Below, piece after piece: positions 56,037 to 64,000 of a stretch of DNA of 64,000 nt. The stretch lies in contig SFPL01000092.1 in the NCBI GenBank assembly GCA_004551905.1, forward strand, positions 1,371-65,370, in the 5' to 3' direction. This stretch comes from Lentisphaeraceae bacterium. Lineage in GTDB: Bacteria > Verrucomicrobiota > Kiritimatiellia > RFP12 > UBA1067. Numbering within the stretch: the stretch's first letter is position 1; every line of letters begins with the position of its first letter. The notes under the pieces are model-generated. The model ran no database searches. It was not told where the DNA came from and was given only the letters and a program-made list of their open reading frames with translations. The translations under genes and the position numbers were made by a program.

Positions 56037-57422
56037 TCAACGAATCGGAACCGCGGGCTTGGCGGCGGGATCGAAGAGCCGCTCCTGTCCGGTGGCGTCC
56101 ATCACGCAGCGCCAGAGGTCGCCTGCCAGGCTCAGCTTCTGGCGGTTGATGGTGGCGAGCGCAATGGGGACGAGCGTGTAGAGCTCTGGGGCGACGCTGC
56201 CGACGACGCAGTCGGTGCGTCCGGCCATTGCCGCGTGCACCGCGTTTCGGGCGAGCATGTAGCAGCGGATGGCGTCGGTGCCGCGCGCCGGGACCGACCG
56301 GATGGTGTAGCTCGGGTCGAAGTACTTGACGGTGTGGTCGAAGTTCTTCTGGCGGAAATGCTCGGTGATCCGCCGCTTGAGGTAGTCGCCAATGTCCTTC
56401 TTGAGCACGTTGCCGGAGGCGTCGCGCTCCTCGGCGCCGCTGAAGAAGCGCTGTCCGGCCCCTTCCGCGACTACGATCACAGCGTGGTCCTTGCCGTAGG
56501 AAAAACGCCGTTCGAGCGCGGCGAGAAGTCCGCTGGGACCGTCGATCTCAAAGTCGATCTCGGGGATGAGGCAGAAGTTGACGACGGGATTGGCCATCGA
56601 GGCATAGGCGGCGATGAACCCGGAGTCGCGTCCCATCAGCTTGACGAGGCCTATCCCGTGGTGGGCGCCGCGCGCCTCGATGTGGGCGTTGCGGATGACC
56701 GGCGTCGCCTCGGCGACGGCTGTCTCGAAGCCGAAGGAGCGTCCCACGAAGTGAAGGTCGTTGTCGATGGTCTTGGGGATGCCGACGACGGATATCGAGA
56801 GCATCCGCCGCAGCGCCTCGAGGGCGATGTCGTGGGCGCAGCGAAGCGAGCCGTCGCCGCCGATGCAAAAGAGGATGTTGATGTTCATCCGCTCGAGCGT
56901 GTCCACCACCACCTCGGTGGGCTGGTGCCCGCGAGAGGATCCGAGGATGGTGCCGCCGAGCTCGTGGATGGTGTCGACGGAGTCGACGTCTAGCGGTATC
57001 GGCGCATAGCCGCATTCTGGCGACAACCCGGCGTAGCCGTAGCGGATGCCGTAGATGGTGCGGATGCCGTAGTCGGCGGAGAGGATCTCGACGAGTCCCT
57101 TGATGACGTTGTTGAGGCCGGGGCAAAGGCCCCCGGCGGTGACGATTCCAACCCGTGTCCACGCCGGGTCGTGGAATATCATCTCATGCGGGCCGGCGCG
57201 CTCGAAGCTCGGCTTGTGACCGAGTCTGCTCTCCCACGCCTCGAGGAGCTCCATGTCCCCCGTTAGCAGCACACGGCGCCCCTCCTCAACAAAGTCGTGC
57301 CGTCTGATCGGCGAGGGAATCTTCGCCTCGCCGAGGGTCTTTACCTCGCAACTGTAGGTAATGCGGTCGGAGGCAATCATCTCGAGCAACGGCGCCGCGA
57401 TGTGGTTGGGATTCTCATTCAT
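56037..57422 (-). CDS. pfkA: 6-phosphofructokinase (long PFK family; GGDGS motif favours ATP dependence, PPi dependence not excluded)
   Basis: GIVTAGGLCPGLNNVI, CIGGDGSLR, GIPKTIDND and LMGRDSGFIA. Start moved to ATG 57422, 8 nt after TGCTATACT. Confidence 0.85.
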   Translation of the reverse strand: MNENPNHIAAPLLEMIASDRITYSCEVKTLGEAKIPSPIRRHDFVEEGRRVLLTGDMELLEAWESRLGHKPSFERAGPHEMIFHDPAWTRVGIVTAGGLCPGLNNVIKGLVEILSADYGIRTIYGIRYGYAGLSPECGYAPIPLDVDSVDTIHELGGTILGSSRGHQPTEVVVDTLERMNINILFCIGGDGSLRCAHDIALEALRRMLSISVVGIPKTIDNDLHFVGRSFGFETAVAEATPVIRNAHIEARGAHHGIGLVKLMGRDSGFIAAYASMANPVVNFCLIPEIDFEIDGPSGLLAALERRFSYGKDHAVIVVAEGAGQRFFSGAEERDASGNVLKKDIGDYLKRRITEHFRQKNFDHTVKYFDPSYTIRSVPARGTDAIRCYMLARNAVHAAMAGRTDCVVGSVAPELYTLVPIALATINRQKLSLAGDLWRCVMDATGQERLFDPAAKPAVPIR

Positions 57423-57430
57423 AGAACTGT

Positions 57431-57439
57431 AGTATAGCA
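57431..57439 (-). promoter_or_regulatory. Extended -10 promoter (TGCTATACT) of the phosphofructokinase gene
   Basis: 8 nt before ATG 57422 on the minus strand. Confidence 0.5.
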
Positions 57440-57468
57440 TTTTGAGGCCACGCGCGCAATGTGAACCG

Positions 57469-58698
57469 CTACTCGTAGCGCAGGCACTCGATCGGGTTGA
57501 GCTTGGAGGCGCGGTAGGCCGGGTAGAAGCCGAAGAACATGCCGACGAAGGACGAGAACAGGAACGAGTACAGCGCGCTCGAGAACTCGATCACAATCGG
57601 CCAGTGGTTAACCTCTCCGATCACCTTCGCCGCGCCCACGCCGAGCGCGACGCCTATCGCCCCGCCTACCGTCGACAGCACCACCGCCTCGAGGATGAAC
57701 TGCCAGAGGATGCAGGCCGGGGTGGCGCCGATCGCCATTCTTAGGCCGATCTCCTTGATGCGCTCGGTCACCGAGACGAGCATGATGTTCATGATGCCGA
57801 TGCCGCCGACGAGCAGCGAAATCGCCGCGACCGCGGTGAGAAGCACGGTCATGAGGCCGGTCACCGACCCCATCGTGTTCATGATCTCGGTGGTGTCGCG
57901 CGTCTCGAAGTCGTCGTCCTGGTAGTCGGCGAGATTGTGCCGCTGCCTCAAGAGCGCCGTCACCTCCCGCCTCGCCTCGTCGTTGTCGTCCAGCGACCAG
58001 AGCGAGATGTTCATCATGTTGATCGAGCGGAACTTGGAGCGCTGGAGCACCCGGCCGACCGTGGTGTACGGGGCCATCACCGTGTCGTCCTGATCCTGCC
58101 CCCAGCTGTTCGCGCCCTTCGCCGCGAGCACGCCGACCACCTTGAACGGCATCGCGCCCATGCGGATGGTGGCGCCGACCGCCTCCTCGCCTTCGTCGAA
58201 GAGATTGGCCTTGACCGTCGTGCCGATCACGCAGACACGGGCGCAGGCGCGCTGCTCCGACTCTTCGAAGAACCTGCCCTCGGCGATGTTCCAGTTGCGG
58301 ATCTCCGGCATATCGTAACTCACCCCGCTCACGCGGCAGTTCCAGTTGCGGTTGTCGCGGATGAGCTGGCAGGAGACGTTCACCGACGGCGAGACGCCGC
58401 TGACGAGGTGGCCGAGCTCGCGCTTGACCGCCTCCGCGTCGCCGGCGGTCATAGTCTCGCCCGCGCCCATGCCGCTCCTCACCGCGCCCTTCCGGTTGCG
58501 GTCGGGGAAGACCATCATCAGGTTGTTCCCCATTGACGAGATCTCCTTCACCATCATCGTCGAGGCGCCCTTGCCGATCGCCAGCACCGAGATAACCGCG
58601 GCGATGCCGACGATGATGCCGATGCAGGTGAGGAGCGAGCGCGTCTTGTTGCGCATGATGGCGAGGATCGCCACCTTGAAGACCATGCCAAAGTTCAT
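57469..58698 (-). CDS. MacB/FtsX-type ABC transporter permease (no ATPase domain)
   Basis: N-terminal TM RSLLTCIGIIVGIAAVI, large periplasmic domain, C-terminal FtsX-like three-TM bundle. ATG lies 7 nt after TGGTATAAC. Confidence 0.8.
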   Translation of the reverse strand: MNFGMVFKVAILAIMRNKTRSLLTCIGIIVGIAAVISVLAIGKGASTMMVKEISSMGNNLMMVFPDRNRKGAVRSGMGAGETMTAGDAEAVKRELGHLVSGVSPSVNVSCQLIRDNRNWNCRVSGVSYDMPEIRNWNIAEGRFFEESEQRACARVCVIGTTVKANLFDEGEEAVGATIRMGAMPFKVVGVLAAKGANSWGQDQDDTVMAPYTTVGRVLQRSKFRSINMMNISLWSLDDNDEARREVTALLRQRHNLADYQDDDFETRDTTEIMNTMGSVTGLMTVLLTAVAAISLLVGGIGIMNIMLVSVTERIKEIGLRMAIGATPACILWQFILEAVVLSTVGGAIGVALGVGAAKVIGEVNHWPIVIEFSSALYSFLFSSFVGMFFGFYPAYRASKLNPIECLRYE

Positions 58699-58705
58699 TG
58701 CGCGT

Positions 58706-58714
58706 GTTATACCA
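58706..58714 (-). promoter_or_regulatory. Extended -10 promoter (TGGTATAAC) of the MacB-type permease gene
   Basis: 7 nt before ATG 58698 on the minus strand. Confidence 0.5.
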
Positions 58715-58806
58715 GATTTCGCGGCCCGTTGTTCATGGCTTGTCGATTGTGGAAATGGTAAAATCTACTGTGTGAGCATCGAAAATGCGAACAAATCGGT
58801 GTTGCC

Positions 58807-59772
58807 TCAGCCGAAGCGGAAGACGCAGTATGCGCCGCGCTTCTCGGCGATGATGTCGTCCCAGAGCTTCGGGCGCTGCTCGCCTTCCTTGAGCGGATGG
58901 GGGAAGTAGAAGTCGCGCTGGACGAGCTTCAGCTCCGCGCGATCGGCGTAGGTGCGCATCGTCGCGTAGCCGATGTCGCCCCACCAGCCGGTCGACGGCA
59001 GCACCGCCCTGCGAACGATCCGCCGCGACGCGTAGCTCTCTATGATCAAGTCGTTCGACCAGGTATGGTCGTGGCCGTGCACCCAGCCGGAGAACAGCGG
59101 TTGCTTTACGAGCTCGTGGATGACGCGGCAGCCGTTGAGGTCGTTATGGGAATGGTGGGCGCCGACAAAGAACGGACGCTTCCGCCGCTTCGCCTCCGCC
59201 TTGAGCCAGTCGGCCTGGGCGTCGTCCATCGCGCCCCCTACCGGGTTGTTCGCCCCTTCCTTGGGGCTGCCCTCGTTGAGCGAGTCCATGAGCAGCAGGT
59301 CGGCAGTGCCGAGGTCGACCACGCTCACCGTGCGCCCAGCGACCGGCGTCAGCTCGCGCTGGCGCGGGAAGTACTTGAACATGCCCACGCGGTGGTCGTG
59401 GTTACCGGTAGTCATGTAGAGCTCGATTCCCGCCTTCTCGAGCCGGGAGAGGATTGACGCGGCGATTTCGTAGTCGCCCGACCAGCCGAACCAGAGCGCG
59501 ACGTCGCCGAAGCAGACCGCGCGCGCGGGGAGCGGACGCATCGCGAGGATCTCGTCCACCGTCTTCGAAAGCATCGCGTTCTGGTAGGAAGGCTGCTTGC
59601 CCCAGATCGTGTCCAGTCCTGGCTTGGCGATGTGAATGTCGCTGAGGAAGACCGAAAGCGCCGCGTCGCGCCCCTCCGCGCCGTTAACGCCAGCCGCGCG
59701 CGTCACACCGCACGCCGCCGCAGCAGTCGCGCCGAACAGGAATCCCCTGCGGGAAAGAGTGTCGTTGGACAT
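58807..59772 (-). CDS. Tat-exported calcineurin-like metallophosphoesterase
   Basis: SRRGFLFGATAAAA twin-arginine signal. DIH, GDVALW, GNHD and GHDH metal motifs. Confidence 0.75.
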   Translation of the reverse strand: MSNDTLSRRGFLFGATAAAACGVTRAAGVNGAEGRDAALSVFLSDIHIAKPGLDTIWGKQPSYQNAMLSKTVDEILAMRPLPARAVCFGDVALWFGWSGDYEIAASILSRLEKAGIELYMTTGNHDHRVGMFKYFPRQRELTPVAGRTVSVVDLGTADLLLMDSLNEGSPKEGANNPVGGAMDDAQADWLKAEAKRRKRPFFVGAHHSHNDLNGCRVIHELVKQPLFSGWVHGHDHTWSNDLIIESYASRRIVRRAVLPSTGWWGDIGYATMRTYADRAELKLVQRDFYFPHPLKEGEQRPKLWDDIIAEKRGAYCVFRFG

Positions 59773-59774
59773 GG

Positions 59775-62498
59775 CTATTTCCCCTGCACGAACTTTTCGA
59801 GATACGGCATGATCGACGGCACCCAGACCTCGGCATAGCCCTTGGCGTTCGGGTGGCAGCGGTCGGGCATGTAGCCGATGACATCCCCCTTCTCATCCAT
59901 CCACTTCGAGTTGAAGTCCACCCAGATGACGCGCTCGCCGTCAGCGAACGGACGGATCAGCGCGTTGACCTTCTCGTTGTTGACTCGCTTGGCGTCGTCC
60001 GGCCCCGGCCCGAACGGGAAGATCGGCGACAGCAGCACCTTGGCCTCCGGCTGCGCCGCCGCGATCGCATCGAGAATCGCCTTCACGCCGGCGGCGGTGT
60101 CCTCGGGCTTGTCCATGCGGTGCCAGGTGTTGTTGCAGCCGATGAGCAGCGACACCACCTTGGCGCGGTAGCCGCTGAGCTCGCCGTACTTCGCCCGCCA
60201 GAGCGCGTTCTCGGTGCGGTCGCCGCTGTAGCCGATGTCCAGCACCGCATAGCGCTCGCGCAGCTTGGCGAGCGAGACCTTGCCCTGGTTCTCGAAATTG
60301 TGGGTGATGGAGTCGCCAAGCATCACCAGGTCGAACTCGCCGTCGGAGTTGACGATTTCGCGACGCTTGGACGTGAGACGGTCGAGCCACCAGTCGCCCC
60401 CATTGGGCTTGACCTCCGGCGTGTCGGCGCGCGAGGTGCCGGCCGCGAGCTTGTCGGTCTCCGCCATGCTCCTGGATGTCTTGGCCGGCGGCGGTGGCGC
60501 CGAGCGGTCGGAGAGCGCCCAGTCGAGGTACGGCTTGACCGCGGCAGCCCACTTCTCGTAGCCCTTGGCGTTGGGGTGCAGGAGGTCGGGGAAGAGCTCC
60601 TTCGGCAGCTTCCCATCCTGGTCGAGGAACTCGTCGGCGAGGTCGCACCAGAGGACGTCCTTGCCGTCCGCGGAGGGGCGGATGGCGCGGTTGACGACGT
60701 CGTTGCGAAGCCGGCACGAGTCGTTGCGGTCTGCGCCGCGAGGGAAGATCGGGTGGAGGATGATTTTCGCCTGTGGCTGCTTCTCGCGGATGAGAGAGAG
60801 GATCTTCCTGATGCCGAGGACCGTGTCGGACGGCGGCTCCTGGTAGAACGGCAGGTGCCCGGTGTTGTTGGTGCCGATCATCAGGACAACCGCCTTGGCC
60901 TGGTAGCCGTCCAGCTCGCCGTGCAGGATGCGCCAGAGGACGTGCTCGGTGCGATCGCCGCTAAAGCCGAGCGAGATGGCGCGGTAGGGCGCTTGGGTGA
61001 AGTTCGCCTCGAAGACCGGCCGACCGGTCGAGTCCCAGAAGTGGGTGATCGAGTCGCCGAGGAAGACCACCTCAGGCGGATTCGCCTTGAGCGCCGCCAA
61101 CTTCTCGTGGTGGCGCTTCATCCACCACGCCACCGCCCACGACGCCTGCGGCACCGCCGGCGTGAGCGCGCGCACGTCGCACTGCACTTCGCGGACTGAC
61201 TTGAGACCCGTGGTGTCCGGCGGCACGTAGCCGTGCTCCGCGCCCTGGATCCAGACGATGCGCCGCCTGCACGAAAGCGCGTTCCAGAGCTTGGCTATTC
61301 CCGTCGGCGGGCAGACGTAGTCGCCGAGGCCGGCGCGGCAGATGTCGGCGTAGCAGCCGACGGGAATCCGCCTGCCGAAGTTGACGGCATCGTAGTAGCC
61401 GAGCGCGTCGGTCCACTTGATGTACCAACCGCAGGAGGCGAGCTTCTGAGCGGGATCGGATCTGACGCCGCCGTTGGTGAAGACGTCGCAGTGCCACGGC
61501 ACTCCGATCTCGGCATAGGTCACGCCCTCGCCGCACGCAGCGGCCCAGATGGCCTGGAGGCCGCCCTGGCTGCCGCCGGTAACCTGCACGTCGCGGCCGT
61601 TCCACCCCTTCTGCGTCTTCATGTACTGGAGCGCGCGCTTGACCCTGAGCACCATGCCGTTGAAGTAGGCAGTCTCGGGATCCTTGTTCTGCTCCGGGTC
61701 GAAGGCGTAGGCGCGGCCGTTGGAGCGCGCCTCCCACCTGAGCGCCTTGCGGTCAGCCTCGGTGCCGCCAAGCTCCGGCAGCCTCAGCCCGTGGGCGTTC
61801 ATGTCGAGGAGGATGCAGTCTGTCGGCACGGTCTTCTGCCGCTTGTGGCAGAACTCGTCGCCGCTGTAGCCGTGGAACATGACCTTCACCGGAAAGGTCA
61901 CGCCCTTGTCTACGGCCACGGGCACTGACAGGTAGCCGGTGACCGGACGCAGGCCGGCGCACGGAACGGACACCGCATAGCACTTCACGATGTTAGTTGG
62001 CGACTTGACCTCCACGAGCTCGGGGTTGATCTTGATCTTGTCGAGGCGTGCGAACTGGCGGCCCCAGAACTCGTCGAAGTCCTTCGGCTCCGGATGACCC
62101 TCGAGCGAGTCGACGTCCGCGCCGGCGCCGCCGTCGAAGAAGGCTTTCTTGCCAGCCTGCTTGCCCTTGGCGTCGACGAGCTTCGTCTCAAGGCGCACGA
62201 AGCCCGGGAATGCGATTTTAGTCTTGTAGACGAACGGCGCGCCGGCGTAGGACACCTTGCCGGTCTCGACGATGCCGTCGTCGCCTGAGCGCTTCCAGTC
62301 GAGCGAGAACTCGCCGTCCCTGAGCTCGCCGTCGAGTTGCTCGACCGTCAGGGTGAAGGACATCTCCTCGCCTGCCTTGTAGGTTATCGGGTCCTTGTCG
62401 GTGACGCCGCGGATCCAGGTGGAGTCGGTCGCAGTGGCGCCGAACAAGTTGGCGGCGAACAGCATCCCAGCCGCCGCCACAGTCGTTCTGATGGTCAT
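59775..62498 (-). CDS. Secreted tri-domain carbohydrate esterase: CE7/AXE1-like acetylesterase plus two SGNH/GDSL hydrolase domains
   Basis: Signal peptide. GGSQGGLQAIWAAA nucleophile elbow, then FLGDSITHFW...GTNN and MLGDSITHNF...GCNN blocks. Confidence 0.75.
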   Translation of the reverse strand: MTIRTTVAAAGMLFAANLFGATATDSTWIRGVTDKDPITYKAGEEMSFTLTVEQLDGELRDGEFSLDWKRSGDDGIVETGKVSYAGAPFVYKTKIAFPGFVRLETKLVDAKGKQAGKKAFFDGGAGADVDSLEGHPEPKDFDEFWGRQFARLDKIKINPELVEVKSPTNIVKCYAVSVPCAGLRPVTGYLSVPVAVDKGVTFPVKVMFHGYSGDEFCHKRQKTVPTDCILLDMNAHGLRLPELGGTEADRKALRWEARSNGRAYAFDPEQNKDPETAYFNGMVLRVKRALQYMKTQKGWNGRDVQVTGGSQGGLQAIWAAACGEGVTYAEIGVPWHCDVFTNGGVRSDPAQKLASCGWYIKWTDALGYYDAVNFGRRIPVGCYADICRAGLGDYVCPPTGIAKLWNALSCRRRIVWIQGAEHGYVPPDTTGLKSVREVQCDVRALTPAVPQASWAVAWWMKRHHEKLAALKANPPEVVFLGDSITHFWDSTGRPVFEANFTQAPYRAISLGFSGDRTEHVLWRILHGELDGYQAKAVVLMIGTNNTGHLPFYQEPPSDTVLGIRKILSLIREKQPQAKIILHPIFPRGADRNDSCRLRNDVVNRAIRPSADGKDVLWCDLADEFLDQDGKLPKELFPDLLHPNAKGYEKWAAAVKPYLDWALSDRSAPPPPAKTSRSMAETDKLAAGTSRADTPEVKPNGGDWWLDRLTSKRREIVNSDGEFDLVMLGDSITHNFENQGKVSLAKLRERYAVLDIGYSGDRTENALWRAKYGELSGYRAKVVSLLIGCNNTWHRMDKPEDTAAGVKAILDAIAAAQPEAKVLLSPIFPFGPGPDDAKRVNNEKVNALIRPFADGERVIWVDFNSKWMDEKGDVIGYMPDRCHPNAKGYAEVWVPSIMPYLEKFVQGK

Positions 62499-62519
62499 CG
62501 CATTTTCCTTTCTTGTTGT

Positions 62520-63071
62520 TTAAATTCCGACCTTGCGGCGGACGGCGTCGAAGAGCGAGCGTCCGTGCGCGTCCATCGCCACTACGCCGCGGAAGCCTTC
62601 GACGTCGAAGTGCCACACCGCCTCCGCCGCGCCGAACTCATTGAGGAGCGAGACGCCGGCGACGCGCTTCACGCACTCGGCGTACAGTGCGCCGGCGCCG
62701 CCGACCGCCTGCACGTAGACGCAGCCGCAGCGCTTCATCGCGGCGAGCGTCGCCGCGTCCATGCCGCCCTTGCCGACGATCACCCTGACCCCGGTCCTGG
62801 CGATGAAGTCCGGCTCGTACGGATTCTCCCTGACGCTCGTCGTGGGACCGGCGGCGACCACCTTCCAGCCGCCCGCGCCGTCCGGCACGCAGACCGGACC
62901 GCAGTGGTAGAGCACACCGCCGCGGAAGTCCACCGGCAGCCTGCCTCCGTCCGCGAAGTGCTTGTGCAGCTTGTCGCGTCCGGTGTAGACGCGGCCGGAG
63001 ATCTCCACCACGTCGCCGGCGGCGAGCGCGCGGACGGCGCGCTCCGAGAGCGGAGTGGCAATCGCCTTCAC
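62520..63071 (-). CDS. Fe-S hydro-lyase beta subunit (class I fumarate hydratase C-terminal / TtdB family)
   Basis: VKAIATPLSE...GDVVEISGRVYTGRDKLHK...YHCGP...VIVGKGGM. GTG 63071 gives a GTGA overlap with the upstream stop, so the ORF-track extension to 63167 was rejected. Confidence 0.75.
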   Translation of the reverse strand: MKAIATPLSERAVRALAAGDVVEISGRVYTGRDKLHKHFADGGRLPVDFRGGVLYHCGPVCVPDGAGGWKVVAAGPTTSVRENPYEPDFIARTGVRVIVGKGGMDAATLAAMKRCGCVYVQAVGGAGALYAECVKRVAGVSLLNEFGAAEAVWHFDVEGFRGVVAMDAHGRSLFDAVRRKVGI

Positions 63072-63865
63072 TTCTGCGCCTCCGCTGGCGGCGGCGGCAG
63101 TCGGCCTTTCAGCGCGTCGGCGGCCACCATGCGCGCGTCGGCGGAGAAGTCGCCCTTCACCATCCACTTCAGGAAGTTCGGCTCGTCGAGCATGATGCGC
63201 TTGAGGCTCTCGCCCTTCTTCTTGCCGAAGTTAACCGTCCACTCGCCGTTCTTCCAGCGGAAGAGTCCGTCGCGGTCGGCGTTGAGCGGGTCGGTCGGGG
63301 CGATCCACTGGTCAATCTCGTCCACCGTCCGCGGCACTTCGGCGTGGCGCTTGAGCTCCGCCTTCAGCACCTCGAGCGTGGCATGGGCGTCGGCCTCGGC
63401 GCCGTGCGCGCCATCGTGAGAGCGGCCCAGGTACTCGCGCACCGCGGCGGAAAGGTCGCGCGGGAACATGCGGTGGTAGATGCGCTGGACGTCGACGCGA
63501 CGGCGGCTCTGCACGGCGAGGTTGAGCCCCACGCGCGCGAACTCCTCCTCGAGGCACGGGATGTCGAAGCGGTCGGAGTTGAAGCCGGAGAGGTCGGCGC
63601 CCTCGAAGAACGCGAGGATCTCCTTCGCGCGCTCGGCGAAGGTGGGGCAGTCCTTGACGATCTCGTCGGAGATGCCGTGGATGGCGGTGGTCTCCTTCGG
63701 AATCGGGATGGTGGGGTTGAGGAGCCAGCAGCGGGACTCCTCGGTGCCGTCGGGGTTGACCTTGACCGCGGCAAGCTCGATGATACGGTCCTTGCGCGGC
63801 GAGATGCCGGTGGACTCGATGTCGAACACCACCAGCGGACGATTCAGCTGTATCGGAAAACTCAT
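63068..63865 (-). CDS. DEDDh 3'-5' exonuclease (DnaQ-like) with C-terminal extension
   Basis: VVFDIESTG, ELAAV, FNSDRFD and HGAEADAHAT motifs. ATG lies 9 nt after TGGTATAAT. Confidence 0.8.
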   Translation of the reverse strand: MSFPIQLNRPLVVFDIESTGISPRKDRIIELAAVKVNPDGTEESRCWLLNPTIPIPKETTAIHGISDEIVKDCPTFAERAKEILAFFEGADLSGFNSDRFDIPCLEEEFARVGLNLAVQSRRRVDVQRIYHRMFPRDLSAAVREYLGRSHDGAHGAEADAHATLEVLKAELKRHAEVPRTVDEIDQWIAPTDPLNADRDGLFRWKNGEWTVNFGKKKGESLKRIMLDEPNFLKWMVKGDFSADARMVAADALKGRLPPPPAEAQK

Positions 63866-63874
63866 AACAGGCGT

Positions 63875-63883
63875 ATTATACCA
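63875..63883 (-). promoter_or_regulatory. Extended -10 promoter (TGGTATAAT) of the exonuclease/hydro-lyase operon
   Basis: 9 nt before ATG 63865 on the minus strand. Confidence 0.55.
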
Positions 63884-63968
63884 TATTCTTGGTTCCCGCC
63901 ATCCAGTAGCCAGTGCAACACTCGTTGCGTAGCCCTGTGCTGACGAAGCTTTCTTGCTTGTTGTCGGT

Positions 63969-63977
63969 ATTATAGCA
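63969..63977 (-). promoter_or_regulatory. Second, upstream extended -10 box (TGCTATAAT) on the minus strand
   Basis: Lies ~95 nt upstream of the proximal box. No ATG within 6-11 nt. Confidence 0.35.
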
Positions 63978-64000
63978 GTTTTGGTTTGGGCTTGTAAAGC

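Overview
High-GC bacterial chromosomal segment, tightly packed with mostly housekeeping genes. The gene content (DUF1080, PEGA, giant beta-helix surface protein, sugar esterases) suggests a PVC-superphylum-like organism, but this is a low-confidence inference. All genes from 1 to about 49.33 kb are on the + strand and all from about 49.39 kb to the end are on the - strand, so there is a single convergent switch. Recognisable core genes include metY, folC, gatA, ppiB, thrH, tlyA, gltX, yfcE, prs, tsaE, tRNA-Cys, nnrD, purB, rluD, guaB, lepB, a phosphofructokinase and a DnaQ-like exonuclease. No CRISPR array, transposase, integrase or recognisable defence system was seen. The observations most worth a second look are: (1) a 6.5-kb reading frame for a giant secreted PA14/LamG/beta-helix protein, cut by exactly two in-frame stop codons, one of which sits inside a domain; (2) a six-gene envelope lipoprotein operon (YcfL-like, LpoB/CsgG-like paralogs, a GxQxGxxN-repeat protein and a large lipoprotein); (3) a translationally coupled trio of a GT-C-like/TPR membrane protein, a Trp-rich repeat protein and a polyprenyl-phosphate phosphoribosyltransferase; (4) a split Tad/Flp-like pilus locus coupled to FHA, PEGA and tlyA genes, with no ATPase, secretin or prepilin peptidase in the window; (5) a recurring extended -10 promoter (TGnTATAAT) placed 6-9 nt before start codons, implying widespread leaderless mRNAs, two of them carried on a near-identical 42-bp cassette with three tandem heptamers; (6) tandem GTTGAARR octamer arrays in two unrelated intergenic regions. 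All functional calls rest on motif and family recognition by eye; no database search was run.
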